Source: Owenia fusiformis | Taxonomy: Eukaryota | Assembly: GCA_903813345.2 (NCBI GenBank) | Contig: CAIIXF020000001.1 | Span: 372,001 to 436,000 of the forward strand | Length of the DNA stretch: 64,000 bases | Reading direction: 5' to 3' | Part shown: positions 30,201 through 45,200 of the stretch, piece after piece | Layout of the letters: the number at the start of each line of letters is the position of its first letter | Numbering within the stretch: position 1 is the stretch's first letter | Notes under the pieces: model-generated | Seen by the model: the letters and a program-made list of their open reading frames with translations, nothing else | Told to the model about the DNA's origin: nothing | Databases searched by the model: none | Made by a program: the position numbers and the translations under genes

Positions 30201-33200
30201 CCTCTTGTTCGAACAGTAAGCTTCGAGTTGAATGTGTTTCAGTATTTAATCCTTGTTATCCGGAATGAATGGAAACATAAGAATTGATATTTTTCATTGT
30301 TGAATGGGATACAACATTTGAATTTCCACACAAAAACTTATGGAATCTTACGTTAATTAGCTCATATATTACACTTCATAAATTCTAAGGAATTGTCACC
30401 GTACAGCAGATGCGTCACCGTACAGATCTGATCTTTTTTAAATATATACAGTGAATGAATCTTCATCTGTTTTAAAATGTGTAGATAACAAATACATATT
30501 CTCATAAAAATTATCCATACTCTCAGACGACAGGGAAAATAATAACCAAACAAAAAGTGAGACAACATTTTTCTTTCGAGTCGACTATGTGGGCCGATCC
30601 AGTCAGAAAAAATCCGAGCAGTGCTCGAAAAACTTTTATCATAATTAGAAAGTTGAAACCATTTCTAAGAGAATGTTGTTTTTATTACACCCGAAATCGT
30701 ATTTATTTTCATCTAATTAATTTTTCAAACCCTCATTACTCTGTTAATTATCGTCAGCGTACAAAAATTTGTACTACTGTATTTTTTGACGCTGTACGGT
30801 GACGCTTGCTTACGCAATGGTTAGGTGTGTAATCACGGTCCTGAAGTCCGTGGTTTTATTGGCTAATTCAAATCGGATGCGGTAAAAAACCGGACGCCAA
30901 TTTGCGAACGTTCCTGGTATTACGTTCGCCCTTGGTTAAAGCAGTAGATTTATGTTTACTGAGAATAAATAAGTAGATGCTTTAGTGCATAAATATAAAA
31001 CAAAAATGTCAAATATTTAACTTGAGAAAGTGAAACACTATTTACCGTAAATACACGTAAATACTCTCCATTGGGCCACCTTTAAATGTAGTGAGCTATA
31101 TGAATAGAGATGCAAACCAACAACAAACAATAATAAAAGAACACCAGTCCTGTTATTTTGGGACACCCTGTATGAATAACTGTCGATTTGAAAATATCAT
31201 TAATTTCCGTTGCTTTCATTCAAGCCTCTTCTTATTCTATTGTCAATCCCAAATTTATTTAGTATCCGGTCACTATCAAAACGGCATTATAAACCCCAAC
31301 TTATTATACTACTGTTTTCCCTGTGAAATATGAAGGAATAAAAATCGTATTGAATCGTATTACATGAAAAAATCGTATTGTCCCCGGAAAAATCGTATTG
31401 GAGCGTATTACATGAGAAATTGTATTGTCCCCGGGGAGAAATCATATGGGTTTTATTCCTCGGAAAATATTATATGTGCATAATGTTTGCATTATCCAAA
31501 TGTAACATTTTAGAGGGATGCATTATGGAATAAATAGGTTATTTCTGGTTGGGATTGTCCTCCGTACCAATGTTCTCTGTATTGCTACGGAGATGAACAA
31601 TGGGGACAATCTCAGAAGCAATACAGATTGGTACATCACAAGAACTGCCAAATCAGAGGGCTTCATTTGACAGATCATACGATAATATTTTGTATTATAC
31701 TGAATAATATTGTATTATAGTTTATTCCATAATACTACTGTTTTCCCAGGGAAATATGAAGGAATAAAAATCGAATTGAATCGTATTACATGAAAAAATC
31801 GTATTGTCCCCGGAAAAAATCGTATTGGAGCGTATTACATAAGAAATCGTATTGACCCCGGGGAAAAAATCATATGGGTTTTATTCCTCGGAAAATATTA
31901 TATTGGCCTTAGGCAATATGATATTTACCGAGGGAGCACAAACAATGTGCACAATGTTTGCATTATCCAAAGAGGGATGTCTTATGGAATAAATAGGTTA
32001 TTTCTGGTTGGGATTGAAAATGGGTTTTATTCCTAGAAAAATATGATATGGACCTTGGGCAATATGATATTGACACTCGGTCGCTGCGGTCCCTCGGTCA
32101 ATATTATATTACCCTTCGGTCAATATCATATTGTCCCTCGGAATAAAACCCATATTCAATCCCTCCCAGTAAATAACCTTTATATATGATATTCAGGGCC
32201 GTCACCAGGATCAACATTTTAGAGAGGCAAGTTTTGAAACGAAATGAACAATCTGTTCCCCTCTATCAACCTCTCTGACCTACCAATAAGAAAGAATATT
32301 GGCCGAACAAAAAATGAAATGAGCCGAAATTATTTTTAAGATGGGTAATAGGCCGCGAGTTGTATTGTTCAAAGTTTATATGCTGATCCCTACGGACAAA
32401 GGAGAGGAGCTCTGCTTGAGAAGACATTTTTAGGACAGCTGAATTTCAAAATGGCAGCCATTTTTGTGAAAACGTAATAGCTTATTTGATTACTCAAATA
32501 CAAGCGGACGGTTTTGGTTCAAATTTTATTTTATGATGCCTATATAGAGGAAAAAGGGTTCTGCCCAAGAAAATTTCAAGATGGCCGCTTTTTATCAAAA
32601 TGACCGGCATTTGTCGAAATTTTCAAGATGGCATCTGAATTTCAAAATGGCCACTTTTTTAATAGATAACTCAAAAAAGTGTGGATATATGCTACAAAGG
32701 AGCTCTGAATCACTGCTACTTATTAAAACATATATTGTTTGATGGGTGGGATTTGCTACTCCGTAGAGTTGTTTTTCTAGTTTATTCTAGTTTATTTCAT
32801 TATATTATATCATATTATATTATACAACATTACAATAAATTACAAATTCCAGAAATGTGTCCCTGTGGCATTTCACTAAACGAGTCATGTAAAACGTCTT
32901 AAAAGAACCACATATGGTAAATGGACATCGTCGATTGATTAGTTTTCAATGACCATGGACATTTATGGTTAAAATGAAGTGAGTGAACATGGACATGTAT
33001 TTGTAATCCAATTCACATTGATTTAGTAGTAGATTTACTATGAATTTATTCGTAAAGAAATAATCTCGATGAGAACTTTTCAAATATAGCGTTCACCCAA
33101 AGTCAACTGAAGCAGAGATATGTACACATCAGCGATGCCAATGTCAATGAAGTTAAAGAATACCCATAAACTCCGAACAAGACATATGTTTTTTATAATT

Positions 33201-36200
33201 TAGTCAGAAAACATATTTGTTACTTCCAGGATTTAGTCAAACATGCCTATACTGTCTGATTAATTCGAGTTTTATATAAATTCAAATGCGTTGCTCCTTG
33301 ACCCGAAATGCAAATGTCATAATTCAACTACGTCATCAATCACCCAAACTCTACTAAGGGCATTAATCTCAGTGCCGACATATCCACTATAGCTGAACTG
33401 AAATGAAAACAGAGTCTATCTGACATATTAGCTAAAAATGGGGCAAACAAGGGAATTATCTTCTATGCAACTTGAGATCGATGGCCAACCATTCTTCGGT
33501 ACATGCATACTACTAATGACCTTTTTCTATTATTTGCAACTTGGTAATAGTTCGATTTATGAATGTAACTCAGTTATAACTCAAAAATCTAAATGAATCA
33601 ACCAGGTGGTATCGTATTGAAAATACCATCTGGAGTATGGTAAGTGATTTTAGACGGTCATATATTTCACCATGAGTATTTTCTGGGCATAAATACAGTG
33701 GTTTTGATTAAAACAATATGTTTTCTTTCAAGTGAAGTCCCCATGAAAAGATCATTCTACAAGAGGTTTAAACAGAATGGTATTGGAAGTCTAGTTTTGA
33801 AGATATCAATTTTTGATGACCAAATTTATGCTGAAAACAATGGATAGCACGAGTTTTCCCTATGGGAAAATAACATGGGGTATGTGCTTTTTAACTTTAA
33901 CGCATTTCAATATCTATCTTCTTTTCAGAAATTGTTAATATACAGGGTGTCCCGAGAGTATTGGGCCCCACCTAGGCAGACATATACCAGTGTTGTCATA
34001 GTAAGTGTCATATATCATTTTAAAGGTTATCCAAAGTTACATTGATTTGCCTGGTTCAACTCTCAAATGTGAAAAAATTACAGGCATTTCAAAATTTAGT
34101 GTTTGGTCAAAATTAGGTTCAATTTTACACCAAATCACTAGTTAATGTGTCCTCCCAGGCCATCTTAACAGCAGCATTTCTTTTTGGGTCGGATGGATAT
34201 TGAGTTGGAAAAAGAGAATGGTGAGGGTAGATACTCCATGGAAACTATTCTAAAAGGTTCTAAGAGGATTATAAAATTCCACACCCCTATTTGAAGGGCT
34301 TTTAAGGCCATCTCTGAAAATAATTGCTGCTGTTAACATGGCCAAGTGGGGACACATTGACTAGTAATGTGGTGTAAAATTGAACTTAATTTTGACAAAA
34401 CACTAAATTTTGAAATGCCTGTAATTTTTTCAAATTTGAGAGTTGAACCATGATACTTGGCAAATCAATGTAACTTTGGATGAACTTTAAAATGATATAT
34501 GACACATACTATGACGACACTGGTATGTGTCTGCCTAGGTGGGGCCTCATACTTTCGGGACACCCTGTAGTGTAGATGAGACTTTCGATATGTTTAAATT
34601 GAGAAAAACAAGATCCTCTTTTAAGAAAATGAGCCTAACATTTTTTTAAAGTGCCAAGGTGGGGCCCTAATCAGAGAGTTGAATTGATATTTTACTATCA
34701 TGGGGACTTCACTGGAAAGAAAACATATTGTTTTTATAAAAAACACTGTATTTATGGCCAGAAAGTAATCCCGGTGAAAGATACGACTTTCTAAAATCAT
34801 TTGCTATATAATAATAATACTGCACATGGACCTTTGAGGTAGATGAGTTAGTTACACAGAAGATGAACAACATGGTGTGGTTATGTTGTTGTTTTAGGAT
34901 GCCTCTCCAATGAATTTGCTTGCAACGAAACATACAGCGCCACTCAGTGTATTGATGTTATTAGAAGATGTGATCGGAAAGAGGACTGCAACAACGGAGC
35001 TGACGAACTTGAATGCGGTAATGTCATGATAAAGTGATGATGATAGATTGGTTTCAGGCCCGTGAGACACTTTTCTCCAAGGGGGTGCGGTTTTTACTAA
35101 AGAGAATATAAAATTGTCAATTTTTTGCAGCGTAAATCAAATCACATAAGTCAGAGGGGGGGGGGGGTCGGTTACTCCCTATATCGGTTTGGCATTAACA
35201 AATGCAACTTAAAAACGTTCCAATTGTTTTGTGGGGGGTGGCCCACTCCCCCTAGAAATTTTTACAATTTTAAGATGCTATTTGGTGCATTCTGGGCACT
35301 TTCAAAGTGTATGAGTCTATAAGAAAAATGTGATTTTTTTTCAAATTCTTTTGGGGGTGTCAAAAAGGATGAGAGGGTGAAGTGGGGTGGGGTGCCAGAG
35401 GGGAAGCAAGTGTTTGTCCCCCAGAAACATTGACCATATCAAGGTGCTATTTGATGATGTCTGGGCACTTAAAAATGTCTGAGACAATACATGAAATTCA
35501 GAATATTTTCTTTTGTTTTGTGGGGGATGTGAGGGGTGACTCTCCTAGAAAGTTTTACAATTTAAAGATGATATTAGGTGCTTCTGGGCACTTTTAAAGT
35601 GTATTAGTCAATAGAAACATTGAAAAACAATCATAATTTTTTTTTCAAATTTTGAGGGTGTCAAATGTGAGGGAGGGGTGCTAGAGGGGGAGGTTGGGTT
35701 GGGGTGCCAGAGGGGGAGCAAGTCTTTGTCCCACATATCTGTCCCCCAGAAACATTTACAACATCAAGGTGCTAGTCGATGAAGTCTGGGCACTTTAAAA
35801 GTGTCTGTGCCTAAAAGTGCCTATTTCCCAAGAAAATTTTACAATTTTAAGATGCTATTTGGTGCTTTCTGGGCACTTTCAAAGTGTATGAGTCAATAAA
35901 AAATTTGAAAAATCTTAATTTCTTTTTCAATTTTTTTTTTGGGGGGGGGGGGTGTCAGAGGGGGAGGTGGAGTGGGGATGCCAGAGAGCGAGTAAGTGTT
36001 AGTCTCCCAGAATCATTAACTATATCAAGGAGCTATTTGATGATGTCTGGGCAATTAAAAAGTGTCTGAGACAATACATAAAACAAATTCAGAGTTTTTC
36101 CATTGTTTTGTTTGGGGTGTGAGGGGTGGCCCACTCCCCCTAGAAATTTTTTCAATTTTAAGACGCTATTTGGTGCTTTCTGGGCACTTTCAAAGTGTAT

Positions 36201-39200
36201 GAGTCAATTAAAGAATTTGAGAAAATCACAACTTTTATCCATTTTTTGGGGGGGGGGTCAAGGGGGGGGGGCGCCAGAGGGCAGAGGGGGAGGTGGTGTG
36301 GGGATGCAAGTGCAAGATACAAGAGGGGGAGCAAGTATTAGTCCCCTATAAACACTAACCGTATCAAGGAGCTATTTGATGATGTCTGTGCACTTTAAAA
36401 GTGTCTGAGACAAAACACAAAAATAAATTTAGAACTTTTCCATTGTTTTGTGGGGGGTGTGAGGGGTGGCCAATACCCCTAGAAAATTTCACAATTTTAA
36501 GATGCTATTTAGTGCTTTCTGGGTACTTTCAAAGTGTATGAGTCAATGAAAATAAATTACAAAAAAATATTTTTCCAAAAAAAACTTTTTTCAAATTTTT
36601 TTTTTTTTTTAATTTTTTTGGGGTGTGCCAAAGGGGGTAGCGGTCGCACCCATCGCACCCCCCCCATCTGATCCCCCATTTAAAGATATGAAATGAATAT
36701 TTTTCAAGGAAACCTTTTGTAAGGGTCAAGTACACTTCTGTTTATGTCTGTCCAGATCATGGATTGTCAACTTCACAACCATTCAATACTTAGCATCAAC
36801 ATGTGTATTGTTATTTCCTTTGATATATTTATAGATTTTTATTCTTTGAACTATGGACTTGATCAGCTTATCGGTTCCATTAGTTTTGCTAGAATTTAAG
36901 AAACCTTCGGCAGTTTCTTGGTTGTATAATGCAATGCAATTATATGACATGCGATGACAGTGGTGAACTTACATAGAATCTGAGACTAACATAATTATGA
37001 TGGTCTCAGATAGAATGCAATGACTTACAGAATCTCGTTTTCCGCGAAAATGGCCTTTTCACGTTCCTCGCATGGTTTCTCCTTCACGTGTATTATCTCA
37101 TGGAAATGGTAAACAAAATCAAACATTGCCTGAAGAGCAGTTTTAGCTATGGCCAAACTGCCACATTATCTATCTGCCTTAAAACCTCTGTCGATACGAT
37201 TCCTGTTTTAAGTTATTTTTGTTAAATATCAACTTCTGGTTCAAAAGCTTGCCTATTTTAAAAATGGTCACTGTAAAGAGTAGGGTTTCAAAAAATCCGC
37301 AAAAATCATATCCGTTTTTTTTTATTTTCAGCCATTTTAGGTAACATTGATTTGTCTATCTGTCTCGCGAAGTCCACTTTTGACCATTTGCCTTAAAATC
37401 TCTGTCGATACGGTTCCTGTTTTGAGTTATTTTTGTTCAACGTTAATATAGAAAACTTCCCTATGACTCCTGGTTCAAAGGTCGCCTTTGTTTCGCGAAA
37501 TTCACTCTTGGCCCATTTCCTAGCTTTACAAATAGTTTCAGGTGTCCTGCATTGTAAAAAGTCATGTCACTGTATAGAGTAGTAACATGGAATAATTTTG
37601 TTACAAAAAATCGGCAAAAAGTTATATCCATTTTTTTCAGCCATTTTAGTTAACATTGATTTGTCCATCTGTCCCGAGAAATCCACTTTTGAACCATTTG
37701 CCTTAAAACCTCTGTCGATAGGCTTCCCGTTTTATGTTATTTTTGTTCAACATCAATACAGAAAACTCTCCTATGACTCCTGGTTCAAAAGCTTGCCCAT
37801 TTTCAAAATGGTCGCCATTGTTGTCTCGTGAAATTCACTTTTGGCCCATTTCCTAGCTTTACAAATAATTCCAAGTGTCTTGCATTGTAAAAAGTCATGT
37901 CTCTGTAAAGAGTAGTTGGATGAAATAATTTTGTTACAAAAAATGGCAAAAAATATATCAATTGCAACACCATACACCATGTGAGCCTAGTACCCACGGT
38001 ACAATTTATTCTGGCGCTATAGCGAAAAATTGTTGTTGCAAACAGTAGAAATATACATTTGTTTCACATTCGCACGCATTCCAATTGCCAAATGAATTTT
38101 TTTAATTGATTGAACTTCAGAAAAAGGAATTCTTATGGGAATAGCACTATAACATTATTCATTACATATACAAGGAATTAATTGAAATGCATTTGTTAGA
38201 CCATATATCAATAAATGAAAATGTTAATCCAATAATTATATTTCGGCCTTACAGCATTACATTCGGGTTAAAAAGTTTTAATCCCCAAATGCTGGCAATG
38301 TTTGCTGTTATATAATGCCTTGGTCACATATGCTCCGATCCATCGGCCGGCGCCCGGCCGATTGAGTGTTTTGTTCAATATTGTATTCAATTTTGAAGAA
38401 AATACTCAATCGGCCGGGCGCCGTAGTGAAAATCGGAGCAAATGTGACCAAGGCATAACCTACATGCTTTCAAAAGCGTTTCAGCTCGATTGATTCCGCA
38501 CTCAATTGCAAGACGTGATATTATACCCTTCGCAAAATTGTTGAGAATAGCCCCAATCATGCAATAATTGGCTTATCATAACAGCGAATAACTCGCAAAC
38601 TGTTTCAACCGCACACGTCATGTCACGTGGCGTAAAATTTTTGCCACGAAAACAGACTCGTGCTGACTTTATATCTCCGATAACATGATAAAATGAACTT
38701 TTGGAATTGTTAATGGTTCACCATCTTTAAGTGTGGCCTTCATACAGTAAGATAGCATAAATATATCTAAATCGAGTAAAATGGTGAGTGCAACTTTAAG
38801 TCTTTGGCTTAAATTCTTTTCACACATTGCAAAATATTTTCTACGAAATCACCTAAAAGATACGAAATCCCTAAAAGACCATACTTTCAGTGAAACCTTT
38901 TGCAAGGGTAGAGTTGGCCAAGGATCAATTTTAAGCTGTCACTTTTGAAACAATTCAACGAATGTTCTTTGGTGCTTTAATGGTGATATAATGCACTGCA
39001 GTTATATGAAATATGATATTAAATATAAGTCCGAAGGCTGGAATCGGTCACACCTTGCCTAGCTACATGTATGTGTGAATTCTTATATTAAAGATACCTA
39101 CACATGTCCAACCACTCACAGCAAATGTGGAAACCACTTCTGTATTCCAAGGGAGGCCTGGTGCAATTTCATCGATGATTGTGGAGACTTCTCTGATGAA

Positions 39201-42200
39201 TCCAAATGCGGTAAGCAAAGGATTGGGCGTGTTATGTAGAATGTTTTTAAGATAAGCAAAGGATTGGGCGTGTTATGTAGAATGTTTTCAAGATAAGCAA
39301 AGGATTGAGCGTGTTATGTAGAATGTTTTTAAGATAAGCAAAGGATTGGGCGTGTTATGTAGAATGTTTTCAAGATAAGCAAAGGATTGGGCGTGTTATG
39401 TAGAATGTTTTCAAGATAAGCAAAGGATTGGGCGTGTTATGTAGATTGTTTTCAAGATAAGCAAAGGATTGAGCGTGTTATGTAGACTGTTTTCAAGAAA
39501 AGCAAAGGGTTGGGCGTGTTATGTAGAATGTTTTCAAGATAAGCAAAGGATTGACCGTGTTATGTAGAATGTTTTCAAGACAAGCAAAGGATTGGGCGTG
39601 TTATGAAGATTGTTTTTAAGATAAGCAAAGGATTGGGCGTGTTATGTAGAATGTTTTCAAGATAAGCAAAGGATTGAGCGTGTTATGTAGACTGTTTTCA
39701 AGAAAAGCAAAGGGTTGGCCGTGTTATGTAGAATGTTTTCAAGATAAGCAAAGGATTGACCGTGTTATGTAGAATGTTTTCAAGACAAGCAAAGGATTGG
39801 GCGTGTTATGTAGAATGTTTTTAAGATAAGCAAAGGATTGGGCGTGTTATGTAGAATGTTTTCAAGATAAGCAAAGGATTGGGCGTGTTATGTAGAATGT
39901 TTTCAAGATAAGCAAAGGATTGGGCGTGTTATGTAGATTGTTTTCAAGATAAGCAAAGGATTGAGCGTGTTATGTAGACTGTTTTCAAGAAAAGCAAAGG
40001 GTTGGGCGTGTTATGTAGAATGTTTTCAAGATAAGCAAAGGATTGACCGTGTTATGTAGAATGTTTTCAAGACAAGCAAAGGATTGGGCGTGTTATGAAG
40101 AATGCTTTCAAGATAAGCAAAGGATTGGGCGTGTTATGTAGAATGTTTTCAAGATAAGCAAAGGATTGAGCGTGTTATGTAGACTGTTTTCAAGAAAAGC
40201 AAAGGGTTGAGCGTGTTATGTAGACTGTTTTCAAGATAAACAAAGGATTGGGCGTGTTATGTAGAATGCTTTCAAGATGCAACATCGCGTGCTTTACAAA
40301 ATATATGTTGACATTTTAAAACTTTCAACATAATACCATATGCGTCTTTTGATATTTTGGAAGACACAATTTATCTTAACGTTTTGATTTTTGATGCAAG
40401 TATAATATATATGATAAAGGTTGAAAAAGCTCTGAAGATCTGAATTGTTAAGAAAATATAAAAACATGGGATGTCATCAAAAAATTTGTCCACGATGGGC
40501 GAATTACCCACCCCATTTAATGAGTATACCATTATGGGGGTAACATTTAGTTCTGTTTGAAGTCCAATAACGCCAGGAGTAAAAGCCATTGGAAACAGCG
40601 AAAGAGTATCATGCTCTAATGGTGACATGATAATATTTATGTGGTTTCAGTACCCTTATAAAAAATTCAACCTTGAAAGTCCGAATTTAAATCGTTTCTA
40701 TCAATCATTGAATACTGATTGTTTCAACTACTAAGATCAAAGGAAAAACCATCGTACAATGATAAGCAATCATTGTGCAACCATTGGGTTCAACCAAGTG
40801 AAGTCAACTCTTTTTCAATGACTGTGCAACCGTTTCTATACAATAATTTTATCTGCAACCATTGTAAACTGCAACCATTTCACATTAAAATGCAAATGGT
40901 TGCAATATGTTTTGTTCGATGAATACATATTTCAACCCCTGCAACCATCCTGAATTAGTATTGTTCCAAAAAATTATCATCTTACCTGAATCTACCTCTA
41001 TTCAACAACAGTATATTAGGATATTTTTTCTGCATACATACATGTATGTTTATCATAGTATATTCAGATATTAAGTATGTTTGTTTTTGCAGTATGGATT
41101 TAGGAATGCGATACATACCAGACTAGTTTTTCACTCAATGGCATTTGATAATGATGTATCTTTAATGTTAATAATTATGAAAAGAATTGAGCAAAATTCC
41201 AATTTGGTAAGAAATTGACCAAGAAAAATCTTAAGATTTCCTTTAAACTTAACAAAATCACAAGATGAGACAATGGTTTTTGTTCATGATCAGACTGATG
41301 ATCAAGAGAAGCAGGATTTGTTGTACAAAATAATGCAATCATATGTAATCACAAGTTGATTGCTTTATTTAGTGAGAATGATTTTTCAAATGTATCCATA
41401 TATCAGTCAAGCCATGTAAGTAAGTCAACATTCGAAAATAAAAATCTCAAAAATCGTACATCTTTGATTTCCAAAATAATTTGTGAGGTGGTTATTTAGA
41501 TGATAATACACATTTTAACGCACTAATTTTGAGTAAACCTCGAATCCATTCTCAACAAAGCGTTCTCGAAATAAGTATTCGAAATGTTTAAGTTCGGGAT
41601 GATAAAAGTACGTTAAGATATACCGCTCCTTAACAAACTCCTTTGGGAACAAGATATAGAATCAAATGCATGTTCTTCCTATTTACTCCCTGACACATGC
41701 CAATGAATGTTGCATAAGTAAATATCTCCGTTTTAAAAGATTTTGAAAACTTTGTTCTCTACAGGTGCCATGTTTTATAATTGAAAAACAAAATTGAACA
41801 TTTTGCATTTCTAGATTAACTGTAAACGATTTAAGTCATTAATAATATTTCCCTTAGTGAACCCATGCTGAATAGACAGTAACTGGGTCAATTATTTGTG
41901 TTCAACCTTGTTTTCATGACTTTTAAACATGAGTCGACGATTATGTTGGAAATTTCATTTCCAAATGTAAGCGTGTCAACTCCTGTTTTTACACAATATT
42001 CAGCCCTTTATAATGATAGATCGCCAAAATATGCATGTACCTCTCAATTAGGCGATATGTTTTTCAATTTATAGATGTAAACTATAAACTCAAACAAAAA
42101 TTCAAACCACTCGCTCTATTATTTTGATTACACAAGACGAAATTTCACCTCTGGGGAGCACTTTGGTATCACTTTGAAGGAGGATTCTTGAAAAATCGTT

Positions 42201-45200
42201 CGAATTTTCACAAAAGGTTTCACGTAATTTTATTGCTTTGTTTAAGCCTCGACTTATATCATACTCAAATCCGATACCATAATCATGAATCAAAATGAAA
42301 CATTCAATTCACCAGGTTAAATAATAAACCGTTTCGAGAATTGATGATTTGAGTTAATTGTGGATATTTATAATAAATGTAAGTTAGCATGTATTCGACA
42401 GTTAATGTACACACATGATGTATGCATCAACGTGTGACTTAAATATCAATTCGTGACTATCACATTTGGCTTCCAAAAATTAAGTTGGAAATTACAGTGG
42501 TAGGAGATTAACGAAAACGTCAATCACATCCAAATATCCGTACGACGTCAAGTATTAACAAAACACTTTTCGTGCATCTCCAACATGGCAAGGTTCTGTT
42601 ATCCAGCAATGTGCATTTCGAAAGAAAAAATTCACAAATATCAACAAATTTCATTGAGTAGGATATTACATTCGAAATCACAACTTTCAAATTATTTTCT
42701 TTTAACCAAGAATTGTAAGAACTTGAAACATGTTGTGGGTTTTTCAAACGGCATATCCTCATTCACGTTCTTTGACAAGGATGAATCCATTTGAAAACAT
42801 GGATTTTCTTGATTATTCTTCAAAACTACCCTTGAAATATAAGTATGTAGGATATTACAGTGTAAATTGACACGCATTCGTTTGCTCGATATCCTGAACA
42901 AATAAATGCAATACCGTCTTGCAATATTTGATAACCGAAAGTTCATTCTGTATGTAAACAAGTAAATATTGATGAACATACGAATATCGATTGTTGACTA
43001 AGTTACTTGTCTTGACCGATATGTGTATTTAACACCTAATATCAAGAGTATGACTCACTAAAATTTAAAAAATACAAACAAGAGAACTATTTTGATATTG
43101 ACTGTATATTATAAGTGAAACACATTATTCACAACAGATTTAATTACCATGTTCTTTCTTGGCAAATATCTTTTATGATAATGCTCAACACAACATTACC
43201 TACTACACATTAATATTCTCATGGGTTTAGACAAATCAAAATGCTTGAACAGCCAATTAAAACGGTTGAACAGTTAATTAAAACGGTTGAACAGCTAATT
43301 AGAACGGTTGAATGGCTAATTAAAATGCTTGACCAGAAATAGGGTTCATAGTCCTAGTTTCTGTTATATTTATTTTTAGCTTGTGTTATACTATATATTT
43401 ATTTATATTCTCTATTTCATGCAGGGGGATAAACATTTAAAAAGTGTTTTCAGAATTTTGAGGGTTCATTTCTTTATTCTATTACTTTAATAAGTGCCAA
43501 GAAATCTCAAATAGCAAGTATATGAAAATGCAAATAATATTTTCAAAATTTTTTATTTAATTTTTATTTAGTTTGTTTTACCAAGGGCATGCAATAGATT
43601 GAATGGTTTTACTGTATTCACTAGGGCAGAGCATTTGTACTGAAAGGAAAAATAAAAAAACTGGGCTTATTTTTCAAAACTCTAAACTTGAAAAAATCTG
43701 GAGGAAAATAAAGGAGATTTTCGTTTTCTGTTTATGGATTAAGTTATTGTTCTTTGGCAAATTATTTATCAAGTTCTGTGTATGGAATAATTAAATTACA
43801 TAGGATGGACTCTAATCAAACTGAAAGTCTTTCTGTAATAAGCTTTGTTTTGCCTTGCCAAATTATTTTTGTTTTGTTTATGGATTAATGGATTAATAAA
43901 GTTTCTTCAGACACATCCTTTAAAGCAGACTCTAATCAAACTAAAGAGACTGAGTCTTACTGTAATCAGAGTTTTTTTAAGTTATGCTTATCGACTTAAT
44001 TATTTAAAACACATCTTGTAATGTCTGATTGCATTCTATCAAACCAAATATATCAAATCAATAAACAGATTATTTTCTAATTGAAGGATTTCAATTTGTA
44101 AAATTCATGACTTGACCCAATCAAAATTATTTCAAATGTTTTTGCAACAACTTAAAAAGTAGTGGAGGGATTTTGTAAAAATGATAGTCATGTCAGCGAC
44201 GGGATTTGCTATGCCTAAGCATTGCTGTAATCTAGATACTTTACATGTGAGACACCACTATCCTTCAAGGTTAGATGGAAATTGGTTCAATATATTTTCA
44301 TTCACAAGACAAGTTTACTAAACTATTTCAACACTCAATATCTTTTTGATCAAACCATTTAAATTCTGACATGTATGCATGAAATACATACATTTGAAAT
44401 ATATATTTTAAAGAGCAATATAATTATTTCATGTTGTATTGAGATAATATTGCCATATTGTTAAAGGGTTGCATTTGATTGAAACGGTTGTAAGAAATGC
44501 AATCAAAATTGTCAAGCGTCTACAATGGTTACATATGATTGAAACATTTTCAATGAGTTTACAACCAAACTTGTAATGGTTGCATCGTAACGGTTGGCAT
44601 GGTTGCATAAATGATCGGATCAATGATTGTGCAATGATTGTGCAACGGTTTAAATTTTTTGTAATGAAAATTAATGTTTACATTTTCAGTTCACCGTGGG
44701 CGAGCAGTTACAAATTAGAAAAACTAAAGAATCCTAATATTTTTTTTACAACTGATATAAACTATAACGTGTCAAACCACTTTCCAAAATTGTTCGTGGC
44801 GTTCGTATGAGAAATTGTTCAAGGTGGCCAGATCTTTCGATTTCTAATATTTAATTTTAAGTAATATTTAAAACAAAAAGTTTAATCTATCGCATTTTGT
44901 TAATATCGGGTAAATTAAAGAGTAAAATAAAAACGAAAATGATTTGATTTTTACACAGGGCCTTTAAACATCAAATAAATTCATCTATAAACGGCTAACA
45001 ACGTTCTCTATTGGACTGTCCCGCAACAAATGTACTTGAAGGGATCGGAGGTACTTGGAGCTGTTTAATATACATGTACATGACATTGTTCTCTGGAACT
45101 ATTTTTAGATCATCGTAAGTGTTATTCTCAGGAGTTTACATGTAGCAATGGGGAGTGCATCAAGAGCGCCTTTATGTGCGACAACAATACTGACTGTATT

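Noticed and set aside
39211-40277. CRISPR-like array (also considered for 51858-52354 and 60225-61562)
   Set aside because: Units are head-to-tail with no unique spacers, there are no cas genes, and the context is a eukaryotic intron.
42100-42980. Possible transposase remnant inside the putative EnSpm-like element
   Set aside because: Short broken ORFs with no recognisable motif.
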